A stretch of 60,482 nucleotides of DNA, the filler included, from Phyllobates terribilis (lineage: Eukaryota): NCBI RefSeq assembly GCF_046119375.1. It is 2 parts of one record of this genome, joined end to end, with 100 filler letters (N's around TTAATTAATTAA, not from the genome) between each part and the next. Parts side by side here need not be neighbours in the genome. Positions count along the whole stretch, not along the records: positions 1 to 28,482 come from NW_027362768.1; positions 28,583 to 60,482 come from NW_027362768.1. The stretch is one strand, 5' to 3'. The translations under genes were made by a program, and so were the position numbers. Each line of letters starts with the position of its first letter. Position 1 is the first letter of the stretch. Below the pieces are notes generated by a model, which worked only from the letters and a program-made list of their open reading frames with translations, ran no database searches and had not been told where the DNA came from. Below, piece after piece: positions 23,461 through 35,235 of this stretch.

Positions 23461-26400
23461 TTGGCAAGTTGGAACTGTGAGATTCACTACGTGCACCACT
23501 GGTATTTTGTGGAAAAGCACATGTAAGATTCTGCAACAGTCTCTGCTGATACTCCTGCATGCGTGCATCCCTTTCTATGGCAGGAATAATTTCTGCAAAT
23601 TTACTTTTGTACCGGGGATCTAACAGTGTGGCAACCCAGTAGTCAGGATTATTTCTAATTCTCACAATTCGAGGGTCATGTTGCAGGTAGTGCAGCAAGA
23701 AGGCACTCATGTGTGTTGCGCATCCAGGAGCACCAAGTCCCTGTTGTGTTGGTGGCGAGGTAACAATCATGCTTCCTTCCTCTGTCCTCTCCCCCCAACC
23801 TCGCACAACAGAAATGTGATCAAGGTCTCCCTCATCTGATGAGTCTTCCATCAGTTCGTCCTCCACTTCTTACTGGGCTACTGCACCTTCCTCACTAGTT
23901 TGGCTGCTACCATGCGCCCTGGTAAAACCATCTCCCCCACCCTCACATGCCTGCCGCCTTGGTGCTGCCGACCTTCTGGACCTTGCAGATGTTAGCCCTT
24001 CCGCATACAACTCCTCCTCCTCTACTTCCTCCACCTCCTCTTGTGCCACCACCTGACTCCGAATTCTGTTTAACATGTGCTCCAGCATGTAAATGACCGG
24101 AATAGTCATGCTGATAATGGCATCGTCAGCACTAAACATCTTCGTCGCCATTTCAAAACTGTGCAGAAGGGTGCATAGGTCCCTGATCTGAGACCACTCC
24201 TCCAGCGTGATTTGCCCCACCTCTGAATCTCGTTGGCCCAGGCTATACGTCAGAACGTATTGCACCAGGGCTTGTCGGTGCTGCCACAGTCGCTGCAACA
24301 TGTGCAGAGTTGAATTCCACCGGGTAGGCACATCGCATTTTAGCCGGTGAAGTGGCAGGCCCAACGACTTCTGTAGAGATGTAAGTCGCTGAGCTGCGGG
24401 ATGCGAACGGCGGAAGTGAGCACACAGCGACCGTGCCCTCTGCAGAAGGCCATCTAGTCTGGGATAGTGGGCTAAAAATTGCTGGACAACCAGGTTCAAC
24501 ACGTGAGCCATACAAGGCACGTGTGTGACATTGCCCCGGCGAAGGGCCGCACCCAGGTTTGCAGCATTGTCGCACACGGCCTTCCCTGGTTTCAGGTCCA
24601 GTGGAGACAACCATTCATGAAATTGGTTCTCCAGAGCTGACCACAACTCCTCAGCTGTGTGACTCACATTTCCCAGACATTTCAATGTAAAAACCGCCTG
24701 ATGACGTTGAGCCCTACTGCCAGCATAGTAAGGAGGTGTGCAGGATCCCTTCTGCGCAGTTAGAAAGCTTGTGGCATGACCAGACAGGCTTTGGGTGCAG
24801 GTGGAAGACCGAGAGGAGGTTGAGGAGGCAGAAGCAGTGGAGGAAAAATGACATAAAGAGGATTGACGCACAACTCGTGGGGACGGCAAGACTTGGACAG
24901 CAGCCCCTTGTCTTGCTGTCACCATAGTTACCCAGTGCCCAGTCAGCGACATGTAACGCCCCTGTCCATGCCTACTCGTCCAAGTGTCTGTGGTGAAATG
25001 CACCCTGTCACACACAGAGTTTCTCAAAGAAGCGGTGATGTTGTGTGCGACATGCTGGTGGAGCGCAGGCACACCTTTCTTTGAGAAGTAGTGCCGACTG
25101 GGCATCTGGTACTGGGGCACTGCGACGGACATAAGGTCTCGAAAATCCTCTGTGTCCACCAGGCGGAAAGGCAGCATTTCTGTAGCCAAGAGCTTGCAGA
25201 TGGTGAAATTCAACCTCTTAGCTTTCTCATGGCTAGGAGGAAATGGTCTTTTACTTGTCCACATCTGAGGGACCGAGGGCTGGCTATTGTGCTTAGACGG
25301 GGTTGATAAGGGTGTCCCCGGCAAACTGCCGGTCTGTGAGGAAGATGCAGGCGGACATGTTAGGTTGCCTTGATCCAAAGGTGGTGCTATCGATGTCGGA
25401 CAGCGCTCAAGACCAGCTGGTGTTACCACCTCCAAAGAAAATGATGACCTGCCAATCACGCTGGCTGTTGCGGGTAAAGAGGTGGCAGGTCTGCGCCCCA
25501 AAACAGGTGTGACTGCTGTCCCCCCAGTCACAGAGGATGAAGAGGCCGCGGATGCACAAGATATGGCAGACGGTGGTTGGCCCGGCCGGCTAGACCGCAT
25601 TGTAGCACACTGAGCTTCCCACTGCAACTTATGCTTCATGTCCATGTGCCGGTTCATGCATGAAGTACTCAAACTATGTATTTTTTGGCCTCTACTTAGC
25701 TTTTGCTGACAAATGTTACAGATAACACGAGTTGGGTCATCTTTATCGATCTGAAAAAATGCCCAGGCTATGCAAGGCTTAGCACCCATGCGACCTGAAG
25801 AGCCACCACGACTTGTGGTGAGAGGCAGAGTTGTGTTTGAGGATGCAGTTGTTGACGTGCTTCCAGTACTACGTCTCTGTCCAGGAAGGCGCAACCTGAC
25901 CTCATCGTCACTAGCATCTTCCTCCACCTCCTCTGCTGACCTCATCTCTTGGCTGACTGTGGGTTGACAGTAAGTGGGATCTCCGACCTCATCATCATCA
26001 CCCTGTGCGTTATCACACCCGTCGTCCTCAGAGCCAACCTGTTCCTGCCCTGACAAAAAACTAAAGTTGTCGCTCCAATCAGGTATTTGAGTCTTATCAT
26101 CGTCTTCCTCATTGTCTCCACCAACAGGAGTTACAGTTTGGGAATGAGGGTCTACATTATGGTCAGAACCTTCTGCGTCTGGTCCTGGATCCGACTCATA
26201 AAGATTCTGGGCATCAGTGCAGATCATTTCCTCGTCTGGATTCACAGAAGCGCTGGAGTCGACCTCTGATTCCCAGGCTATAGTATGAGTAAACAGCTCT
26301 GCAGACTCAACCATCTGTTCTACCTCATACTCAGACGGGCAGCTGGAGATTTGGGAGCTGTGAGGAAGCAAGTGCGATTTGGGTGACACCTTTGAGGACT

Positions 26401-26683
26401 GGAGTATTTGTGATGTTGAAGTTGATGTGGAGGAGAGCCCACTTAAAGGAGCACTTGATATCCGTTGAAGCACCTGCTGTTTTTGTGCCTCATCTGGAAT
26501 TTGTAGAGATTGGCGTGGCCGTAAGAAAGGGATCTTATCACATTGTCCGCTAAAAGAAGTAGACATTTTAGTTTGGCTGGAAGATGGTCTTTCTTCTGCA
26601 CCTACCCCACGGACACAACCTTTTTTCCCCTTCCCAACACGCCTATTCCCCTTTCCACCAGCAGCAGGCCTTTTTCCACTCAT
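23455..26683 (-). pseudogene. hAT transposase (ZBED-like): one in-frame stop at 23870, C-terminal dimerisation domain missing
   Basis: BED finger (AWAFF...CNICQQKL...CMNRHMDMKH), FTTDTWTS, VCDNAANL, CMAHVLNLVV, DVPTRWNST and LLDPRYK motifs. ORFs 23870-26683 and 23408-23866 are in the same frame, separated by CAG TAA GAA. There is no SERxFS-type motif before the L1 junction. Confidence 0.92.
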
Positions 26684-26799
26684 TTTGGTGGTTAACTAAT
26701 TCACAACTCTGGAGTTGTTTGCACAAAAAAACAATGGATGGTAACCGAGCAGAGCTGAGTGGCCAAACTGTGGTATTAGGCCAAAACTATTGGCTGGGT

Positions 26800-28482
26800 T
26801 AGATGCAGAAAAAATTATTTTTAATTTGCAACCTGATGGAGGTCAGTATAGATGGACTAATAGACCAAGTCCCACACACCGCTAGAAGCCCAAATATTTT
26901 TTCAGAGCTAGATGCAGAAAAAAATTATATTCAATTTGCAACCTGCTGGACGTCAGTATAGAAGGACTAATAGAACAAGTCCCACACACTGCTAGAAGCC
27001 CAAATATTTTTTCAGAGCTAAATGAAGAAAAAAATTATTTTTAATTTGCAACCTGATGGAGGTCAGTATAGATGGACTAATAGACCAAGTCCCACACACT
27101 GCTAGAAGCCCAAATATTTTTTCAGAGCTAGATGCAGAAAAAAATTATTTTTAATTTGCAACCTGATGGAGGTCAGTATAGATGGACTAATAGACCAAGT
27201 CCCACACACCGCTAGAAGCCCAAATATTTTTTCAGAGCTAGATGCAGAAAAAAATTATTTTTAATTTGCAACCTGATGGAGGTCAGTATAGATGGACTAA
27301 TAGACCAAGTCCCACACACCGCTAGAAGCCCAAATATTTTTTCAGAGCTAGATGCAGAAATTTTTTTTATTCAATTTGCAACCTGATGGAGGTCAGTATA
27401 GATGGACTAATAGACCAAGTCCCACACACTGCTAGAAGCCCAAATATTTTTTCAGAGCTAGATGCAGAAAAAAATTATATTCAATTTGCAACCTGCTGGA
27501 CGTCAGTATAGAAGGACTAATAGAACAAGTCCCACACACTGCTAGAAGCCCAAATATTTTTTCAGAGCTAAATGAAGAAAAAAATTATTTTTAATTTGCA
27601 ACCTGCTGGACGTCAGTATAGAAGGACTAATAGAACAAGTCCCACACACTGCTAGAAGCCCAAATATTTTTTCAGAGCTAAATGAAGAAAAAAATTATTT
27701 TTAATTTGCAACCTGATGGAGGTCAGTATAGATGGACTAATAGACCAAGTCCCACACACCGCTAGAAGCCCAAATATTTTTTCAGAGCTAGATGCAGAAA
27801 AAAATTATTTTTAATTTGCAACCTGATGGAGGTCAGTATAGATGGACTAATAGACCAAGTCCCACACACCGCTAGAAGCCCAAATATTTTTTCAGAGCTA
27901 GATGCAGAAATTTTTTTTATTCAATTTGCAACCTGATGGAGGTCAGTATAGATGGACTAATAGACCAAGTCCCACACACTGCTAGAAGCCCAAATATTTT
28001 TTCAGAGCTAGATGCAGAAAAAAATTATTTTTAATTTGCAACCTGATGGAGGTCAGTATAGATGGACTAATAGACCAAGTCCCACACACTGCTAGAAGCC
28101 CAAATATTTTTTCAGAGCTAGATGCAGAAAAAAATTATTTTTAATTTGCAACCTGATGGAGGTCAGTATAGATGGACTAATAGAACAAGTCCCACACGCT
28201 GCTAGAAGCCCAAATATTTTTTCAGAGATAAATGAAGAAAAAAATTATTTTTAATTTGCAACCTGATGGAGGTCAGTATAGATGGACTAATAGACCAAGT
28301 CCCACACACTGCTAGAAGCCCAAATATTTTTTCAGAGCTAGATGCAGAAAAAAATTATTTTTAATTTGCAACCTGATGGAGGTCAGTATAGATGGACTAA
28401 TAGACCAAGTCCCACACACCGCTAGAAGCCCAAATATTTTTTCAGAGCTAGATGCAGAAAAAAATTATATTCAATTTGCAAC
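26800..28482. repeat. 110-bp tandem array, about 15 units, two sequence variants
   Basis: TTCAGAGCTA recurs at 26901, 27011, 27121, 27231 and onward. Variants are ACCTGATGGAGG and ACCTGCTGGACG. The array runs into the gap. Confidence 0.97.
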
Positions 28483-28582
28483 NNNNNNNNNNNNNNNNNN
28501 NNNNNNNNNNNNNNNNNNNNNNNNNNTTAATTAATTAANNNNNNNNNNNNNNNNNNNNNNNNNNNNNNNNNNNNNNNNNNNN
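28483..28582. other. 100-bp scaffold gap with artificial spacer (44 N + TTAATTAATTAA + 44 N)
   Basis: Palindromic 12-mer at 28527-28538, exactly centred, giving TAA in all six frames. Confidence 0.95.
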
Positions 28583-29261
28583 ACTGTTAGCTAAAAACAA
28601 TGAAGAATATTCTAGAAGCCTTCATCTGAGACTGCATGTAAGACCCCCTGTGGCGACTGCTCCACTGTGTCTACAATCTACACAGACATAATGAGATTAT
28701 TGGCTTTTTGGAGCAATGGTTAGGTACTCCCGAGATACAGATATCCTGAGATACAGATTAGTGGAATGCTGGACATTTTACAAGTAAATCTAGTGCACAT
28801 ACTGACAAGTTAGCAGAACTATATAAAACATAACAAGTAAATCACTAATAAAACACAATAATAATATTGACAAAAATGGTGGTTCATTGCTGGAAAAGTA
28901 TCATAGTCTTTAGTAAGTGGGCAGCTCCTCACAATACCCAATTTTATAGGCCATGCCCAAAAAGTAAAGAATTGGTGGCCCATCCGGTCAGGACTTCAGA
29001 CCTGTAAATCCATGACCCTTCAATTGTTACAAGGTCACTTCGAGCGTTTATTTCCCTTCATTAGTATCTAATATGTATGGGGGTCCTCTGATGGCAGAAG
29101 TCGGGGACTCTCCGCCAGGCATGCATGCTTATAGGGGGGGTTTATTGGCGGAATCGGTTTTAGCCAAACATGAGTTTGACATTCCCGAGTTAGATGATCA
29201 AACTCAAACACACAGAGGGCCAAAATAAAAAACTTGGACAAAGTCGCGGGCCATCTAGTAT

Positions 29262-29945
29262 ACAGTATAATGGGCCCTACATAGTCCTCCATGCAGAATA
29301 ATGGGCCCCACATAGTCCTCCATACAGAATAATGGGCTCCATATAGAATAATGGGCCATACATAGTCCTCCATACAGAATAATATGGGCCCCACATAGTC
29401 CTCCGTACAGAATAATATGGGCCCCACATAGTCCTCCGTACAGAATAATATGGGCCCCACATAGTCCTCCGTACAGAATAATATGGGCCCCACATAGTCC
29501 TCCGTACGGAATAATGGGCCCCACATAGTCCTCCGTACAGAATAATGGGCCCCACATAGTCCTCCGTACAGAATAATGGGCCCCACATAGTCCTACATAC
29601 AGAATAATGGGCCCCACAAAATCTTACATACAGAATAATGGGCCCCACATAGTCCTCCATACAGAATAATGGGCCCCACATAGTCCTCCATACAGAATAA
29701 TGGGCTCCATATAGAATAATGGGCCATACATAGTCCTCCATACAGAATAATGGGCCGCACATAGTCCTCCATACAGAATAATGGGCTACATATAGAATAA
29801 TGGGCCCCACATAGTCCTCCGTACAGAATAATGGGCCCCACATAGTCCTCCGTACAGAATAATGGGCCCCACATAGTGCTCCGTACAGAATAATGGGCCC
29901 CACATAGTCCTCCGTACAGAATAATGGGCCCCACATAGTCCTCCA
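29262..29945. repeat. 31-bp minisatellite (CACATAGTCCTCCGTACAGAATAATGGGCCC)n; resumes at 30842-31001 and 33328-33350
   Basis: Visible tandem units. Confidence 0.95.
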
Positions 29946-30841
29946 TAGTCAGCGATATTGGCGCGAAATTTAAAACACTGCTTCTCTGATTGGTCGCGGC
30001 CAGCTGGCCGTGACCAATCAGCGACTGGCTCAGCCCAGCCGCGATTTGGCGCCGGATTTGAAACACGCAGGCCACCATCGGGAGATCTGCGGCGACGCAG
30101 CCGGGAGATGACCGGTGCTAGCCGGTCATCTCCCGGCTGCTCTCAGCAGAAGTACCCCGACCGGCGGCCTCGCTCCCCGGTCCTCCCTTCACACTTGCCG
30201 TCGGGAGATCAGCGGCTTATTCTCAAGTCAATAAATTTTCCCAGTTTTTTGTTGTAAAATTTGGGGTCTCGGCTTATACTCGGGTCACCGCGCACAGGCA
30301 GCATGTGACCCCCGGCTGCAGCTGGCTCTTGCTTCCGCTTATGTCACGACTATTTGCGGCTGCAGCCAAGGGGTCTCCTGTTTCGCGTTCCACGGTGAGT
30401 GATGGGCTGTGGGTGGGGTTATCCCCCATCCCGTCACACCCAGCATCCACCGCACGCGCATTCATTGACAGAGCGCGCGGTGGATGCTGGGTGTGACACG
30501 ATGGGGGATAACCCCGCCCACAGCCCGTCATTCATTGTGGTACGCTGAACAGGAGACCCCTGGCTGCAGCCGCAAATAGTCGTGATGTAAGCGGAAGCAA
30601 GAGCCCGCTGCAGCCGGGGAAATTACGTGCTTGCTGTTCGTGGTCAGCGATGTTGTCACAAGCAGTATTGACAACATGACGTAATTACAAAATTCATTAG
30701 GGGCCCCGGGGGGATAAATTGGGGGGTTAATTTAAAGTAGTGCACAACCCATTTAAACACTGCTTCGCTGATTAGTCGCGCCCGCTCGGCCGCATACATA
30801 TTCTAGAATACCCGATGCGTTAGAATCGGGCCACCATCTAG
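29946..30841 (+). mobile_element. Helitron-like insertion (3' end clear, 5' end unclear)
   Basis: Hairpin CCCGAT-GCGTTAGA-ATCGGG (30811-30830), then CCACCATCTAG|T. The minisatellite resumes after it. No 5' TC at the left junction. Confidence 0.6.
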
Positions 30842-31001
30842 TATAGAATAATGGGCCCACATAGTCCTCCGTACAGAATAATATGGGCCCCACATAGTCC
30901 TCCAGTACAGAATAATGGACCCCACATAGTCCTCCAGTACAGAATAATGGGCCCCACATAGTCCTCCGTACAGAATAATGGGCCCCACACATAGTCCTCC
31001 A

Positions 31002-33327
31002 TCTATATTATAATCGGCTGTTCTGTCTGAAGCCTTTATAGACTGCGCATGCGCGACGCGCAGTCTGGCTCCAGACAGAAGAAGGCATCCATGCGTTACA
31101 GGTAAGAGGAGTGTATGGCGCCGGAGATCACAGTATGCGTAGACACTGAACGCATACCGCGATCTCCGGCGCCATACTTAGATACTTACCTGACCGGGAG
31201 GAGCGTTGCTGCGGCGCCTCTCTCTTCGCCGGAGACCAGGGCAGGAGTGAGGCGTCGGGTCGGCGCATGCGCATAGCGCTATTCGGTGCCATTTTACTGA
31301 AGACACATTTGCAGTGTGTCTTCAGCAAAATGGCACTGGACAGCGCGGTGCTCCGGTGCCGCACTCCTTACCCGGCCTCTGGCAGAACTGGACACAGAAG
31401 CGCTGGAGCACAGAGAAGAAAGGTGAGTATAACTGTTTATTTTTTTGTATGTGTGTACAGCGTGAAAGGGATGAGGGGGGGGGGCACACATAACAGGATT
31501 GGGGAGTGAGGGGACCATGCATACCAGAATTGAGGGATGAGGGGGACCACGCATACCAGGATTGGGGGGGTGAAGGGACCATGCTTATCAGGATTGGGGG
31601 GGGTGAGGGGACAACGCATACCAGGATTGGGGGGGTGAGTGGACCACGCGTACCAGGATTGGGGGGGTGAGGGGACCACGCGTACCAGGATTGGGGGGTT
31701 GAGGGGACGACGCATAACAGGATTGAGGGGATGAGGGGACCACGCATACCAGGATTGGGGGGGTGAGGGGACCACGCTTATCAGGATTGGGGGGGTGAGG
31801 GGACCATGCATACCTGGAGTGGGGGGGTGAGGGGACCATGCATACCTGGAGTGGGGGGATGAGGGGACCATGCATACCAGGATTGGGGGGGTGAGGGGAC
31901 CATGCATACCAGGATTGGGGGGGTGAGGGGACCATGCATACCAGGATTGGGGGGATGAGGGGACCATGCATACCAGGATTGGGGGGGTGAGGGGACCATG
32001 CATACCAGGATTGGGGGGGTGGTGAGGGGACCACGCATACCAGGAGTGGGGGGGGTGAGGGGACCACGCATACCAGGAGTGGGGGGGGTGAGGGGACCAC
32101 GCATATCTGGAGTGGGGGGGTGAGGGGACCACGCATACCTGGAGTGGGGGGGTGAGGGGACCATGCATACCAGGATTGGGGGGATGAGGGGACCATGCAT
32201 ACCAGGATTGGGGGGGTGAGGGGACCATGCATACCAGGATTGGGGGAGTGAGGGGATCATGCATACCAGGATTGGGGGATGAGGGGTACCACGCATACCA
32301 TTATTGGAGGATGAGGGGACCATGCATACCAGAATAGGGATGAGGGGTACAATGCATACCAGAATAGGGATGAGGGGTACAATGCATACCAGAATAGGGA
32401 TGAGGGGTACCATACATACCAGGATAGGAATGTGGGGTACCATGCATACCAGGATGAGGGATGGGGTGCCATGCATACAAGGATGAGGGATTGGGTGCCA
32501 TGCATTCCAGGATGAGGGGTACCATACATACCAGGATAGGGATGAGGGGTACCATGTATACCAGGATTAGGGATGAGGGGTACCATGTATACCAGGATTA
32601 GGAATGCGGGGTGCCATGCATACCAGAATGAGGGATGGGGTGCCATGCATTCCAGGCTGAGGGGTACCATACATACCAGGATAGGGATGAGGGGTACCAT
32701 GTATACCAGGATTTGGGATGAGGGGTGCCATGCATATCTGGATTGGGGATGAGGGATGCTATGCATACCGGGATTGGGGATGAGGGGTGCCATGCATACC
32801 GGGATTACAGATGAGGGCTGCCATGTATACCGGGATTGTGGATGAGGGGTGCCATGCATACCGGGATTGGGGATGAGGGGTGCCATGCATACCGGGATTA
32901 CAGATGAGGGCTGCCATGCATACCGGGATTGGGGATGAGGGGTGAGGAGTGCCATGCATACCAGGATGGGGGTGAGGGGTGCCATGCATACCAGGATGGG
33001 GGTGAGGGGTGCCATGCATACCAGGATTGGGGATGATGAGTGCCATGCATACCAGGATTGGGGGTGAGGGGTGCCATGCATAACTGGATGTGGGTGAGGG
33101 GCCCATGCATACAAGGATGAGGGATACCATGCATACCAGGATTGGGGATGAGGGGTGCCACGCATACTAGGATTGGGGGTGAGGGGTGCTATGCATACCA
33201 GGATAGGATGGTGGGGACAGGAGGGGGCAACATAAATACCAGGATGGGGGCAGCACATACCAGCATGGGAGACCATATACCAATAAAAATGCTCGCCACC
33301 CGGGCGTAGAACGGGTTCAATAGCTAG
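31002..33327 (+). mobile_element. Non-autonomous Helitron, 2.3 kb
   Basis: A|TCTATATT 5' end; CCCG-GGCGTAGAA-CGGG hairpin plus TTCAATAGCTAG|T 3' end; no TSD. The empty site GTCCTCCA|TACAGTATAATGG restores a minisatellite unit. Confidence 0.85.
31490..33260. repeat. G-rich ~30-32-bp minisatellite inside the Helitron
   Basis: (GGATTGGGGGGGTGAGGGGACCATGCATACCA)n with drifting variants. Confidence 0.95.
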
Positions 33328-34412
33328 TACAGTATAATGGCCCCACATAGGGGTGGTGGTTCTGCTGTCGCAGGCAAAACAAAACCACCCTGCAGGCCAG
33401 ATTTGGCCCACGGGCCAGAGTTTGACATGTATGATCTAACTTAAAAAGTTATTCCCAACAGTGAACGTTATCACCTATTCACAGGGTCGATGTGGATCCG
33501 ATCTCCAGAAATGGGGTCTTGAAGTATCCTATCGGAATGGAGCTTCAGGCCCTAGAGATGGTGCGAAACGATTCTCAGAACCTAATTCAGCGGCCACATC
33601 ACTAATCTGTGGCTGCCAGATGGGAGCCCAGATAACATACACACATACACATTTCTTCTTTTGATTAGCTGGCCTGGCGTGACATCACATGGCATCACAA
33701 CACTGGTTAGTCAAAAGAAGAGCCACTGTTGCTCCCATGCAGCGGCTTCTGGACTGAGTCCTGCGAATCATTTCGCATGATCTCTAGTGGCCACTCTTTG
33801 ACAGTATCGCACTACTTTATTACTTATGACTCTGCTGGAGAAAGTAAATTATTGTACTCTGATCTCCTCCACTCATAGATGATGAATGGAAGGAAGGTGA
33901 GCATGAGCGACCACTGCTCCATATTAATGAGGCACTTAAACATCTAGATAATTGACTCTTGTGGCTTGTATTTCCCGATATACCTTGATAAATATCTACT
34001 GGGGGTCCTGCCAATGGTAACCCCACTGGTCACCAGAATGGGGGCGATCAAAGTCCCTGTGTAAGCGATGCGGAGTTCTGGGGTTCTGACCACAGTGAAC
34101 CCCTTTGATCATGAAAATTAGGTCTCAAAGTCCCCTGTGTAAATTGAGCATTAGTGAGCATGTGCGACCACTGTTCTACATGACTGCTGGTTGCACATGC
34201 TCACTACTGCTCCATTCACATAGATGACTTTTGCTTCTTCCACCCTCGTTTTCAGGATTGGTAGGGGTCTTGCTTAATCAGAATGTTTTCACCTTCTCAG
34301 CGTTGGGAATAATCCTTTAAGTGTATGACAACCTTCAGACTCCCTTTATATTACATTTTGAATGCTGAAAATTATTTGTCTAATTTTGACATATTTTTCC
34401 CTTGTCTTTCAG

Positions 34413-34506
34413 CTTGTCACGCAGTGTAATGCAAAATACATTGAATGCTTCAGCGCCCAGAAAGACTGTAACAAAGAGAAGAACAGAAATTCGTCGGTTG
34501 TGCCAT
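34413..34506 (+). CDS. PTPRG: PTPRG internal exon ([31 protein letters not shown]+T)
   Basis: AG/GT boundaries, 94 nt. The phase-1 end joins the next exon to form Ser (T|CT). Confidence 0.95.
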
Positions 34507-35121
34507 GTACGAATAGAGTGGTGATTGGTTCGGCTTTTAGTGTCATTTCTTTATATAGTAGACATGAAGATTGTGGATGTAGGACTAAATGTTTTTCTTC
34601 TTTACCATTGAACAGTCACTAATTTGACCTACCATAAACCAATGACAGGGGTTTAGATGTCTAGGACCCCAGCTATAAACCATGGAAGGAACCGAATATC
34701 AAGTATTCAGTCTCCCTGCAGTGCCCCCGCAGGGAAAATAAAGTATTGCACAATTTACATTCAAATCAATTGACTGTTGATGTAATGCATGGATGTGCTG
34801 GGTCCTCCAGAAAAAGAGATGCTCTTTGTAGCCACCTTCTACCTAATAGATGAGATTCATGAACTAGACTATACCTTTAAATATAACACTGCTTCTACAC
34901 ATTGAAATGAAAGGGATTGTTTAATAAGCAACCTTTATTACCTATTCACACAATAGATGATAAATGATTGATCCTGACCCGGAGACTCCCAATAATCCTG
35001 AAAATGCGGGGGGCAGTAGTGGGCACGTGCAACCACCCCTCCTATAGACAGTGAATGTAGCAGAGGTCTTACATACTCATTATTGCACCATTTGCACAGG
35101 GGACTTCAAGCCCTAGTTTTC

Positions 35122-35235
35122 ATGATCCTAGGGGTCATAGTGGTCGGACCCCCAACGATCATTTATCGCCCATGGAAATGATCCTAGGGGTCATAGTGGT
35201 CGGACCCCCAACGATCATTTATCGCCCATGGAAAT
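35122..35235. repeat. Perfect 56-bp tandem duplication
   Basis: ATGATCCTAGGGGTCATAGTGGTCGGACCCCCAACGATCATTTATCGCCCATGGAA present twice. Confidence 0.95.

Larger units (their letters stand above)
20751..28482 (-). mobile_element. Large hAT-Ac DNA transposon (BED-finger transposase); other end lost in the gap; contains a nested L1 and LTR
   Basis: Terminus TAGTGTTGAGC is identical to the MITE termini at 7672. Transposase on the - strand, with a 110-bp array upstream of it. That 20751-21635 belongs to the same element is inferred from orientation and from a degenerate array unit at ~21564-21625. Confidence 0.75.
29190..33432. mobile_element. Probable hAT-type non-autonomous element hosting minisatellites and Helitrons
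   Basis: Left end TCAAACTC..AGAGGGCCA..GTCGCGGGCC; right end GGCCAGATTTGGCCCACGGGCCAGAGTTTGACATG. No clear TSD. Confidence 0.5.

Noticed and set aside
24243-26802. Overlapping shorter ORFs within the hAT transposase
   Set aside because: Alternative-frame by-products with no recognisable domains.
26800-28482. CRISPR-like array
   Set aside because: Head-to-tail near-identical 110-bp units with no unique spacers, in a eukaryotic context.
29068-33411. Long repetitive ORFs (up to 384 aa)
   Set aside because: They arise from stop-free frames of ~31-bp minisatellites; the frame-cycling peptides are diagnostic.
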